Assembly: GCA_964304625.1 (NCBI GenBank)
Contig: OZ199840.1
Span: forward strand, 5,631,200 to 5,695,199
Length of the DNA stretch: 64,000 nucleotides
Origin: Kudoa neothunni
Lineage: Eukaryota; Animalia; Cnidaria
Direction: 5' to 3'
The stretch's first letter is position 1. Every line of letters starts with the position of its first letter. The notes under the pieces were generated by a model. That model saw only the letters and a list, made by a program, of their open reading frames with translations. It did no database searches and had not been told where the DNA came from. Below are positions 10,429 through 23,236 of this stretch, piece by piece. Position numbers and translations under genes: made by a program.

Positions 10429-11350
10429 GACTCTTTTGATTTTTAATAGTTATTTTCTTTTTTTGTTTAATTTGCTGAATCTAATGATGCAATTTGGGAC
10501 GGATTGTGAGCCGGGAACCTTGACTTCTGTGATGTCGTATTTGAGTCGTCGATATTTGGAGTGTAAAAGTAGTCGTCAAAGGATTCCTGTATTGTACAAA
10601 AGTGCAGCAGAGTATGTGAGGGTGATGGCTAGAATTTGGGATTTCCAAAAGTTGACTGAGCCACTGGACAAGAATGGTAAGGCGAGATACAAACGTGCTC
10701 AAAACAGCAAGGAGAGGATACTTTTATCTATTGTTGAATGTCTTCAGAAAGATTTTGTTGAAGGTACTATGGATGCTGGATTAAAGGAACTGATAGACGA
10801 GGGAGGAAGAGTACAATTGACAGCGAATTTTAAATTTGTGTTGGAAGGATATGTTTCTATATCCAATCGTATCGTCGAACAAATCGACAAAACTGGATCG
10901 CCCACTATTTCTGAAGAGAATGAAGTGAATGTTGATACTTTAACTGTTACTAGTGAACCGATAATGGTGAATTCTGGTGAGAATGTGGACGCCGCCATTA
11001 TTGACGCGCACGCAATTCCGCATTAAATTTAAATAAAATTCAAAAAATCAGTGAAATTTTCAAGGTTTCCAATGAAAATTATCCAACTAATTCTCAAAAT
11101 GATGATTCTCAAAATTCCTGTTTTTGATTGAGAAGAGAAAACGCCCCTGTGTTCCTAGTGATGATGAATTTATTTGCACCCCAAAACGCAAGAAGTTTAT
11201 TGAATCCGATGGACAGTCAACCGACTGTGAACAAAGAGAACCATCGAAAGTTCTCACTACACAAGATATTGAGGAATTTATCAAATCAACAAGACTTGAA
11301 AATCCCGACAATTTGAGAAGTCTCTTCAAACTAGATTCTCCCGTTTTGAA
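10393..11350 (+). mobile_element. Second, head-to-tail copy of the retrotransposon, 3'-truncated (5' ~960 bp only)
   Basis: Matches 6204-7163 apart from two 1-bp deletions I could see (near 11021 and 11121). Identity stops abruptly after ...cccgttttgaa at 11350. Confidence 0.93.
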
Positions 11351-12360
11351 TGTATCATTTCGATTAATTCAAGATCAGGATCTAAGTGTAGTGGGTTGCC
11401 CTAATTCATACATTTTTTATTTTTCGCATCTTCTGAATCAAAATTGAAGGGTAATACATAATAATATTTCATGAGAATAAAGTATTATCTTTCTTAAATT
11501 TTAATTGTATTGCATTTTTCATGTATGTACTTCTAATTCATAATTTTCAATTTTACTCGGAAACAAATGGTATAAAGGGGGAATACTGAATGAAAAGGAA
11601 GAAAAGAATCAAATGTTAGTACAGTCTGTCACCTAAGAAAGCTAAAACTATTGCAAAAAACACGATGACATAGAAAACATTGACCAACTGGCTGGAGCAA
11701 TTTGATCTGTTAGTGACCACTAATGAGAACGATCCTCGCACACAAAAAGTCGCAACTATTGATCAAAGTTGGAGATTTTAATGATAATTAGAGAGCGAAT
11801 GGAATTTCAAAAAAATCCCGAATACTGTGAGTAGAAAACTTCCTTCGAGCTCGTTACGGGAAATATATGGACACGCACCTCAAACCGAAAAACTTCCGTA
11901 TTCGTATCCAACGATCTAGGAAGACTTATGAGGTATATATGGGCATTCCGCAATCAATCACTACGAAAGACGTTTCAGAAATGGATGAAACTGGTCTGAA
12001 CAGTTTGATAACGAATAAATTCGTCTCCAATGTTTAAAATATAGCCGTGAAAACATTCTGTTTTATTGACTATACAAATTTGATCGAATACACAACATCG
12101 ACTGCCAAAAGACATCATATGGCTCACGAAGGAGTTGTAGAGAGGGAAATCGAGCATATCGATTCAATAAGCACTTCCAAATATGAGTACGGTTGGTCCA
12201 GGACGGAGGACAGAGGTGATAAAGAAATCCCTCCAGTCAGTTGGTCACATCCAACCCCTTATTCAAGTTCCCCAACTTATGAGGGGTACAGCATCCCGAT
12301 CTGTGGAACACGCTCGCTGTGACGTACACGCACAAGACGTTGCAACTACAATAGCCACGT
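11351..12360 (+). mobile_element. Possible decayed LTR (Gypsy-like) retrotransposon remnant
   Basis: Begins with TG exactly where copy 2 stops. Fragments read WLEQFDLLVTTN (gag-like, ~11690) and TP-FELVTG/YGHAPQT (integrase C-terminus-like, ~11840-11885). Heavily frameshifted. Confidence 0.3.
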
Positions 12361-12739
12361 GATATATAATAAAAATGGCAATGTCTATTGGCCCGTACAA
12401 ATTCGGTTTATTGTATTTTTGAATTACTCATTATTTAAAATGTATATTTTCGGATTGAAATGAACGTTTAAAAATTTAATTAAGTCTCATATTGATAAAA
12501 TTTTGATTTTACTTTCTTATAAAATTAAATTATGTATTCCTCACTTGATGGTATAATTATAAATCATTGAATACAATTGAGATGTTTCTACATTCACACC
12601 AATAATAGAAACAATGGAATTGTTACATCCAAAATTTCTGATTATAGTAGGAGAAAAAGTGATTTTATTTCATATGTCTACGAGGAATGAATACCGAAAG
12701 GAATAACACAAGTCTAATAATATTATTGCTGAAAATAAT

Positions 12740-13800
12740 TTCTTCTATATTGGAGTTTCATGTAACAGTTTTGAAGAATTAAAATTGAAACTTGAGGTAA
12801 TCGAATTAAATGGTGTGCACAGTTTATCCATATCAATTTTTTAACCATTGAAACAGCAAATATTTGATGTGATAGAGTAATAAATCCTGCTATTCAATAT
12901 TATCAAATAAAATATTGTTGTATTCATGGTGGAAAAAATTAAAATTTTTAAAAACTTAATAACGTATAAATAATTACAGTAATATTGTCTATTATTTAAG
13001 AGAAACCGATCGCCTGGTAAAGGAATTCAAATTTTTCTTACAAAGAATACTCTATGTTTTTGAAATTTTAGTAGATTTTGACGGGGAAAAGCTCGTATTG
13101 AAATCACTCAGCCTTCCCCATAATCATGATTCCTTTAATTTTTCTTCAAAATTGTTATGAAATAAAAAAAAACACGATGAAGTCGATTTTATTTCTCAAC
13201 ATTTAGAAGTGAATGAAAATTCAAAGGTTATCCTAGATATGTTGTTTCGAGAAAAAGGAAAGCTTATTTCTCTAAAAAAATTAATCAACATGAAATATTC
13301 AATGAAATCCCACTCAAAGAAAGTAGAATTTTTACAAAATCTAAAAAAGAAACAAGACATATGGATAGAAATACTGGAAAAGGTTTATCTTTCCAAGTTT
13401 TAAGCGGATAAAAAAGCCTTGATGCATACCCAGAAATTATTTTAATCGATGCTCCCTAAAAACTACTAGATTTCAGAGCTCCTGTATATTTTGGTGACAT
13501 TATAGACTCCGGAGGAACAACTGAGATAGTAGCGACCTGAATACTTTAAGAAGAATCCTAAGGAAGTTCCACTTGGCTTATTAAAAAAATAAAACATAAT
13601 AATGAAAACTAACATGAAAGTCTTTATTATGGAGGAAGACATAGATGAACGAAAAGTCATAAAACAAATTTTTATGACCGCAGATTTGCAAATGTTTGTA
13701 TCATGTTCTAAAGTATTTCAGTCTTGTTTTAATGTTTCAGATTACATGCAACATCAGTCATGGGAACAACTTTGTGATGCGTAATATAAAAATTTGATCC
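12740..13800 (+). pseudogene. Decayed Mutator/MULE (ZSWIM-like) transposase
   Basis: Broken-frame motifs in the expected order: YYQIKYCCIHGG (~12900), HNHD (~13120), AYPEIILIDA..KL...PVY (~13425), VFIMEEDIDERKVIKQIF..ADLQ.CLYHVLKYF (13620-13720, CxxH motif). Confidence 0.7.
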
Positions 13801-15010
13801 CAACATTTTTTAAATTAAATTACCAATAAGTAGTTATATATCGGGAATTGTCAAACAATATTTTAATTATGGATTAAAGTTAGAGGATGGATAATCAGAT
13901 GCTAACATGTTTATTCAGAACGTAATATTTGAATTAATATTATCAAAATTACACTTTAAATACAAACTCTAAATAAGTGAGTATATAAATAATCATAATT
14001 TATTTGTGTTCAATTATGGTATAAATTACAGAATTAATGTTGAGACTAAAAAAAATAAATATTTCATCATTTACTATAATTGAGGGATTCCATATAGAGG
14101 TTATCGTCAAAAACGTCAACATTGGGCATTCAGTGCTCTTTAAAGTTTTTGCGCTGATGAGAATCAGTACAATAACTTGAATCCGCATAAAAAGTTTATA
14201 ACTATAAACGATATGGTTTATAGTGAATTTTGTATGCCAACAACATCATATTGTATTGTATATAGAGCTATGAGGTACCCTGATGATAAAAATTATAAAA
14301 ATAATTCATTAAAAAATTAAAAATGAATCTATTAATAAACCAGATCGTCTATTGTATTAAATTACAAGAATAATAATGTTTTATTTTTCCTAAGTAACGT
14401 CGTTTAACACATGTACCCACCGAACAAAATCCTTCATTTTTACATATTAATATATAATCTACTATGGTATTTTTTAAGGGATCGTAATTTAAAACAGATT
14501 GCTTAACAACAGCAAACCGAATTTAAAAGGGGCCAATAGACGCTGCTAATAAAAATCCAATATTTAAAATATAGATTATCCATCACTGAAACATTGTCAC
14601 GTCGAATGGAATTTTTGATAAACATGAAAAAATTCTGGAAGCTTATGAGAATATCATGCTTCCTATGAAAACAAAATCAATAAGAAAAGGACATGATACA
14701 GACACTGATTAGTGTGTTTACGAATAGTTTCATCGGATTCGATCAAAAAATATAGCAATTTCGCCCCACGAAATCTTTAATAAGAGGAATGGAATCGGTT
14801 TATCTGAGAATAAAGAATTTAAAAATATGGTATGATTGATGTAGAACAGGGGTTATTAACTGTTTTTTGTAAATGTACCCCCTTAACTTTGAAGCTAAAT
14901 TCATATTACTTTAGGTTGTATATTCACTTAAGTATTTTTAGGCAACATTTCTGCCAACATCTTAATTGAGTTTAACGGGCTGAATAATACAACTCCCTAG
15001 AAATCCTTAA

Positions 15011-16163
15011 ACCTTTGGAGCACACATGGGGCCCAATGGATCCCATGTGGGTTTAATTTAGCCTAAACACTTAACTGGAGTCATCTTTTGCTTTACAAAA
15101 ATGTTACTCGCATATCTTTGTTTATTTAACACCTGTTTTTAGAGAACAGATAGATTTTAAAAAAATTTTTAGACGTGAAAATGGCAGTTCAAATGTGTCA
15201 GACATGGAATCTTGTAGCCGTAATTTTTGTTATGATAATTTATTTGCGTTTATAAAGCAATAAAACCAGTTCCGAATATTAAAAAAGTAATAATCAAGAT
15301 GATTTAATTACACATGATTCAATAGGAGAAATTTTGAAGTCCGTCGATGAGAGGCTTTGTGGTAAAAAATCCGAATTGTCTGTTTACCCTGTGAAATCAT
15401 TTTCTAAAAAGAGGAAACACAACATCGATATCCTTGATGATGTTATTAAGGAAAATGACACTTGAAATTAATTTTTTATGGATAAAATATTAAACAGTAT
15501 AGTTAGCTCTACGAATAGTTTATCCAATATAACTTTAAATTTTAAAATTTCGTTAGTTTGTTAAGCTCATTATATTATTGGCCAATAATAAATTTACAAC
15601 ATCCATAAAACTCCTAGAAATTATTTCATTTTACAAAAGGAGGAATAGGCACAATTGATATAATTTTTGTTAATTGTTTAACCAATCGAACAACGAAAAG
15701 ATGGCCAGCGGTTATGTTCCACACTTTTTTAGATATTGTGTCAATAAATGCACATGCATTATACTATGCGATAGCAGAGACCCCAGTCCGAAGGAAAGAC
15801 TTCTTGAAATTGTTTTGTATGCGATTTAAAGAAGAGTAATTGAATAAAACGATAAAAAATAATATAAAATAATTTAGAGATTTTATAGAAGCGATAAATA
15901 TAAATTGAATGCAATAATCTAACTCTATTTCGAAAAAACGGCGTTATCTCTGTGTTTGTCAAAACGAAAGAAAAACGATAATACATTGTTTAACTGCTTA
16001 AATTCGTTTTATAAATAACTCTCAACAATATATGAAATAATTGTTTCCAAAAGTAATTATTTACAATAGTATGCTACAAATTAAACCAATCTTACCGCTT
16101 GAGGTCCATTGGACCAAATGCGTGCGGGCTTCGAGTAATATTTTTTGTGCATATTCCGGAGGG
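15011..16163 (+). mobile_element. Internally deleted piggyBac transposon
   Basis: TTAA at 15007-15010 and 16164-16167, ends ACCTTT.../...GAGGG, and a subterminal inverted motif (gcacacatggggcccaatgga vs rc gcacgcatttggtccaatgga). Residual transposase reads TKRWPAVMFHTFLDIVSINAHALY (~15693-15765). Confidence 0.8.
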
Positions 16164-17749
16164 TTAAGTACGTAACAAACCGCATTATAAAAAAATTTCA
16201 AATATCCAATTTAAATAGCTCTTAATTTACCCCATACTATCAAAAATTACTGATCTAATTGGTAAAACATTTGTACCTTAGTTCGAAGGTTACTAGTTAA
16301 ATAATAATCCGGTACGACGACGTTAATTTAAAATGAATTAAAATAATATGAATCGCTACATTTAAGGTGAAGAACATAATTATTTACATTTAAAAATATA
16401 GTAAATTTAAAAATGAATCAACGGTGCATTTTTGTGACGTTTATTTGCGCAAGTGCACAGAACAGGAACAATTATGCCGGATATACTTTGAATAGCGTGA
16501 GAAATTGGAAATAAATTGTTTTATTATTGCTTCATTCTTCAAATTTCCTTCTTATAATTATTTTAACAGATAAGGTTCGGTTTTGTTCTTAAAATCCATG
16601 ATTTTATAATGAAATCTCTTCCACTGTTGATAGAAATATGTTAAATATACAAATTCGTACTTAATAAATTGAAATTTGGCATTATAAATGAATTTATGAA
16701 TAAAAAATATATATAGTCTAAGAATTTTTAGACTATATATTTTTAAGTTATGATATGATGGTCTAAATAAAACTTTGAAAAACTATATTTAACTTACTAC
16801 ATTTCGTTGACAAGTGATTAAAAAAATTATTATAATACGCGCGATTCACATGTCAACTTAAATTAGTTAACAGAATCAAGTTGTAATAAAAACAACAAAA
16901 TGAATTTAAAAATATTCCTCCCTTCAGAATACATTTATACTGTTTATTTTCTTGCGAAAAAGTTTTTTACGTATTTTTACTATATAAACGCTATTATTTA
17001 TATTTTGGGCAAATTTAGGTATGCGTGTAACTTCTTTTTATCTAAAGTGAAAAAATAAAACGTACAACTCCATTATTTAAGAAGTTTTACAAGCACTATT
17101 ATAACATAGAATACACGCGGGGAAAAAAGAAATAAAATAATTTCTAAAAGGTGCTGATATAATATATAATAAGCGCTGACTGTTCATCCCCCAGATATTC
17201 GAGGGTAAAAAAGCCCATTCTGACTCCACAATGGAATATGTATCATAAAACGTAAGTTAAACAACCTCACTCATCGCAAGACACATGGTAAATTATTACC
17301 ACTATAGTTATTTAAATTTATTATCATTGCTTTCTAAAGAATACTTAGTTAGCATTTTTATTAAAATTTTTCTCGTGATCATCATATCAAGAACTTCAGA
17401 TCACTGCTCAGGCTCTACTTTATTAATTATAGCCCATTTAGTCGATAATTGATCCATTCATAAAATAACCAAAAATCTCAATTAACCCCACACCTTATCA
17501 AAAGATGATATTTGGGGTATATTATGAATCACATCGAAAATAACTCAACGAAATGTTCACAATTCAACTATCCAGGAAATCAGACACAGCCTTTAAAAAT
17601 AACTCGATGGGCTAATTAAAGCAGCCCATCAAAAAAGAATTAATAAAATGTAATATTTTCAATAAAGAGAAAAATTGCTTGAAATTTTAATCGGAGATGA
17701 ACAAAACAACAACAACAACTTATCGTAATGTAGAACAACTAATGATCTT

Positions 17750-19854
17750 TTAATTTTTTATTAAATCGATAGGTGCAGGCTTAACAAATTTGACAAATTT
17801 CATGTTATCTGGAATGTAAGGATGAAGACATTCGGGCAATCGGATGCCATCCTCCTCTTGGAAATTCTCCAATAGACAACATATAGTCCTTGTGGTAGCA
17901 CACATAGTAGCATTCAACATATGGACAAAGTCCACCTAAAATATCAACATATCAACATAACATATCAACGTTAAAGAACCGAATCATCAGTATAATTCAA
18001 ATACATCCTTGTTGAGTTTTTTTGTTTGGCCGAAACGAATAGAAAGACGGCGAGATTGATAGTCAGTGCAATTTGAGCAGGAGACCAATTCTTTGAATGA
18101 TTTGCTTCCAGGAAACCAAGCTTCAAGGTCGAGTTTTTTCGCAGCAGCATTATTGAGATCGCCAGATGGAATGTTGATTACTCTGAATGGTATTCCTAAT
18201 GTTTCATAGAATTGCTTTGCATTTCCAATCATTTCGTCAAACATTTCCCACGAAGTTGTAGGCGAGGTCACACAAAATTGTTCCACCTTCTCAAATTGAT
18301 GCACTCTGAAAATGCCGGTGGTGTCTCTACCATGAGAGCCGACTTCTTGTCGAAAACAAGTTGAAAGACCGGCGTATTTTAGTGGAAGTAGCGCAGGATC
18401 AATCCACTCATTTTGATGGTAGGCAGCAATGGGTTGTTCACTAGTAGCAATGAGATATTTATCTTCAGTTTTGGTGTCATTTTTGTCCTCGCTTTTGGTG
18501 GTCACCTAAAAAATGGCAGGTGGTGTGTCGATATACAACAACAACAACAACAACAACAACACATCGAACTCACCTTATACAATTCTTCATCGAATTGGTT
18601 GAGCTGGGCGACACGACTCATCGAGTCTTTGTTCATGAAAAAAGGAGTGTACAATGGGTTGAATCCTTTGCTGTAGAGTAGTTTCAACGCTAGTTGTATC
18701 AAAGCTTGTTCGATGAACACAGCGGCTCCCTAACCAAACGAAATAATTAAATTCGAACTAGGTTGCCATTAAAATCAATATACTTTGAGGAAATAACCTC
18801 TATTACCAGCCACTCGATTTCCACGCTCGTAATCAACACCATCAATCATCACTAGCAGATCAACATGAGAATATTTCTTCACAGATTCAACGTCTCCTGA
18901 AAGAGTAACAACCTCGGTGACTTCCTAATATATATATGGACATTCGGTTAAATGTAAACCCAAACTAATTTTTACATCTTCACGGGCAACTGGAACAGAT
19001 GGGTGAATGATATTTCCAATCTCATATATAATAGCACTTCTTTCACTTTCCAACTCGATTAGTCTCCTATTTGCTTCAACAATGTGTTTATCAATTGAAC
19101 CTTTAACGTTTTTAATGGTGGCAATATTGAGAGTCTATTGGTTGTCGTTAATTTTTCAACACACACACAATTTGTTATTGGAGTCAATAGCCAAATTAGG
19201 GCAAAAACTAACATGAGTAAAGTGACCCAGATTAATTTTCACAGCCACAAAGGCTAGGTGGTTACTGTTTAGGTTTTAGTTGCTTGTAAAATTTAAAATT
19301 TGGATAGTGAAAATATTGAAAATGGTTGTTATTAGATTTTAATTTATTTATAACATTAAAATAAAGTACACTAAAAATTATACAATATAAATAGGTGAGG
19401 TCCAAATTGTTCAATGTTATGAGAGTTAATCCAGGTTAATTCAACAAAAAAATTCCATCCTATAAATTACCCTGGCGAAATCGTTGGTAAAATCAATAAT
19501 TTGTTGTTTCGATAGAGCGTTAGATGAGTCGAATTCACCTTGGGGCTCTTTTTTCTACGATCGATCCATCGATTATAGTTATTGAAGGTAAAAATCGAAT
19601 GTGTGTACTTTCATTTTTTCGGCCACAGTTTTGCTACAAATATTCTTTGATTTGTTGTATGCATCAACCTCAAATCGCACTATCGAAAATAAACACAAAC
19701 TCCAACCATTCAAAAAACCTTTGCGCCACAGCTCATCAATTTCAATCACTTTGTCGACAACACTTGGATCTTTGAATCTTTTGCGTTGATTCTCACGAAT
19801 TAACTCCGGATTCCCACCTTTCTCAGCTCTGAAATAATTGATATCAAGTACCAT
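17750..19854 (-). CDS. SARS1: Cytosolic seryl-tRNA synthetase, multi-exon
   Basis: N-terminus [29 protein letters not shown]; [14 protein letters not shown]; [27 protein letters not shown]; [16 protein letters not shown]; [17 protein letters not shown]. Short GT-AG introns. Confidence 0.97.
18534..18562. repeat. (CAA)n microsatellite inside a SerRS intron
   Basis: acaacaacaacaacaacaacaacaacac. Confidence 0.9.
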
Positions 19855-20536
19855 CTTTCTCGCTCGGAGGCTAAACAATCCAGTCGATATCAATTGGGAT
19901 CGTGTAAATATCGACCACGTGTAGTTCATAAAAGGAACAATCGATTTTTCACGAGAATTGGAGAGGCGTTGAAAAGTTTGATGTGTGCTGAGAACTCATG
20001 CCTAGTATGCACAATTAAGATTTATTAAAAATTAATTCCTCAAATTATGTAGCTGTCACTTCTTAGTGATCTTTAAAGACAGTTTTAATAACCGACAAAT
20101 TTTTTTCTTTCGTGAAATTTTGATCGAGACTACATTCTAATATTCGATCGTAAACATAGTTTCAATTGTGGTGTTAATAAAATGGTAGAATAAATTTTAA
20201 TAAAATTTAACGCCTGCGTCAAGTTATTTGTTTTAATTTCTAGTTACTAGTTGGTTGAATATAGTTCTGAATTTCCGTTAGTTAATTCAAATAATTATGT
20301 AAAAAAATTTAATGCGTATAAAGTCCAAGTTTTATTGAGAATCAATGTACGATGACTAGTAATGAGGTGTTAAAACACCGCCCCTTTTTCCTGGGGCACT
20401 CACGTTCGAGTCCCACCTACGATACCAATTCAGCAGAGAATATAAAGGATATTTTAGAGGAAGATGTAATACAGTTGGGGTAGGGTATGCAAGGATTTGA
20501 TTTTATGCCGCGTTTAACTTTAATGATATGGCTTAA

Positions 20537-21656
20537 TCTACTATGTACTAAATATATAAAGCTGGAGTGTCCGTGTGTCAGCAAGTTCGCATGTGTGTAA
20601 AAATTTATTCCTTATAGAGAGATATTTTGGGTTTTTTTTAAATCACAATGTTTCAACAAATATTTAAATCGTTTTTACACTAAAAATGTTCCATAAAGTG
20701 TCTAGAGTATAGTGATTTTGCCGATTCAAAGTTTGTTTATCAGATTACTTGAGTTTAACAATAAGATTAACACTTGCTTATGACCTGCTAATTGTCGGTT
20801 GAAGTTGATTTTCCCCTTTATATACCCAGTCAAATGTTGATTAACTGCCGCTATCCGACTTTGTATATAAATTTAGTGTGTAAATTTGGGCGTTCGTGCA
20901 AATACACTCCTTATTTCTGGAATTTTAACGTGTATGACTTGATAAGTATATTTGAAAAGTTTTATTAATAGTTAAAAATATGAGGAGAGTATATGTATGT
21001 AGTATTAATAGCGATTTGGTAAGGAATTCTATAATCAGATAGATTGAAGCTTTATAATACAAGCGCCATGTCTGCAGATTTTATTGAAGCCACTCGCTAA
21101 GTTTGACTTTCTGTGATTAAATTCAACTATGATGGTTGTACTCTTACTTCATCTTATTATTTGAATTATTCATGTTGATATTCACTCTATTTAAAACTGT
21201 TCGTGCGAAATAGTGCATTAATGTTCATGCCGGGACAAGGGATAATAATTTGAGCGTTAAAAATCAATTATCGTATATTTTCTTTTATTTCTATTTGTTT
21301 ACCTCCCAGAAAAGAATGGCAAAAACTCTGTGAGTCGGGCCAAAATTCGACTTTTAAAAAGCCTCCGGGTCAAAAAATAACGTTTTAGATAACACTTTAA
21401 CTTTAAGGTAATTTAAATTATTTAGCGTTGATGCCGAGTCACGAAATTTATAAATAAACGCCGGGATTGGAACACTCCTTCAAAGAAATGACCATAATTT
21501 AAATTTAATAATCCAAATCGTTAAAGTATATTGCTTAAACTGTTTAGTTATTTTTATTCTATAGGTTAATTCACGACTTTAATATATTTTGTTAATGTTA
21601 TTAAGAAGCGTATCTATGCGGAATCTTCCCAAACAACGCTGGACAGTTCACGCTAG
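20537..21656 (+). mobile_element. Non-autonomous Helitron (~1.1 kb)
   Basis: 5' end A|TCTACTATGTACTAAATATATAAAGCTG and 3' end with a degenerate GC-rich hairpin (cccaaacaacgctgga) followed by CTAG|T. This is the A|TC...CTAG|T signature with no TSD. Confidence 0.6.
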
Positions 21657-23236
21657 TCTGATTAATAAAGTTTATAAATATTAAGGTATTTCTGTATAGT
21701 TCAAACATCCCTCTTTCAAATTTAAATATCATGTAAGGTTCTTCATACTCCTTATAACAATAAATATCATTATTTCATAATGCTTATACATTTTTAAACT
21801 ATTTTTCGTATTTTATTACATTTTAGTAATTATTATTTTGTTCACAATTAAATACATTAAAGACGAATTATTGTTTTTCCAATAATATGTTTTATTAGAA
21901 TAAAAAGTGTTTATATGACAAAATTCAATGTTTTTTTGAATTATTAAGTTTATTCCGATGTAATAATTATTATCTTTTTAACAACATTTAATTAAAAAAG
22001 ATAAGCTTTCTAATGGAATCGTAGTTACCAATAAATTACGAAACTCGATGTTCACTCCAGTTATTCAGAATCACGAAAATTTAAAAGAGAATTGATAAAA
22101 AACGGAATTTTCACATTGTTAGTTAAACACTTTTATAAACCTTTTTAATTTTTAAGTAGATTTAAGAACTTTATTTTTTAAACTTTCACAGTAAGGTAAA
22201 CGAATAATTTCAAAAACTATTATTATTTTTATTAGTATTATCAATGAGAAATTCAAGCTATAATGCTCTATATTTTTAGTATCATTTTTTAACTTGTATC
22301 AATTATGCAACAGTCATTCTTTTTGCATGATGCGGTAAGAAATGTGATTGGAAAACAACAAATTGGATCTGTAGAGTAAATCAAGGTAATTTGAAGTGAG
22401 AATACATTAGGATTACTTCTAAACTTAAAGCAGAGTCGCATATAGAAATATTCTATATCAGGTAATATAGACTAAAATTGGAGCAACAATATTTAACGTA
22501 AATGGAGTAGATTTGTTGAGACCGATGTATCTATTAATCAAGCGTGTAAGTGAATATTATGTTAAGATCTTATAATTAGATTTGGAATAATTTATTTAGT
22601 TGTTAAGTTGTATTTAACATTACAAAATTGATAAAAATAATTTTTAAAATTCGAATATGTTAACAGTTTGTTTAAATTATTTTGAGTTAAAAATAAACTA
22701 GCATTTATAAAAAAATTCACTGCTTAACTTGTCTAATTTGCACTGTTAATATGGTTTCTTACGCCGTTCTAATTTAATTTAGAGCACACCATTTTCAGTA
22801 AACTCTATATTCCCAAAAATATATAATAAACCAAATATACAGCGTATAAAATAAAATATAATTGTATTTACACCCTCGATTAACCAACCGCACAATGAGA
22901 TAGCAGCGCTATGAGAATTGGATATTGTCTCTAGGTCACTATCGTACACAGACAGTAAAAGTGATTGAAGCGCAACTACTATCAACAAAACTATATCAGC
23001 TTGTAATATTGCAATATCGAGAGCAACTGATGCAGCCCAAAGGTCCTTAATATAGGAACGATTATGTATTAGTACGCTAGGCTAATCTATCAGGTAGATT
23101 GCGGAACTATTGGCGGAATTTGAATTTAAATAAAAATCCAGTTAACCAATTCTTAGGCGAGAGAGAACGCTGTTTAAGAGAGTAGGAGCTAATTGGATTG
23201 GAAGGGTCACCGATCAAAAAAATCGCTTCAATAGAT

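Noticed and set aside
10388-10483. ORF extension MLSRGPRFKSGCP through the tRNA half
   Set aside because: It begins at a TTG in the tail of copy 1 and simply reads through tRNA sequence. The first ATG corresponds to 6295/10484.
6204-11350. Reading the two ~960-bp direct repeats as LTRs with a tRNA primer-binding site
   Set aside because: The repeat is coding sequence and lacks TG...CA ends, the tRNA is in sense orientation rather than a complementary PBS, and the enzyme is a non-LTR RT with RLE and no integrase or protease.
18413-18720. Poly-Q and poly-C tracts in predicted ORFs
   Set aside because: Translations of an intronic (CAA/TTG)n microsatellite in SerRS.
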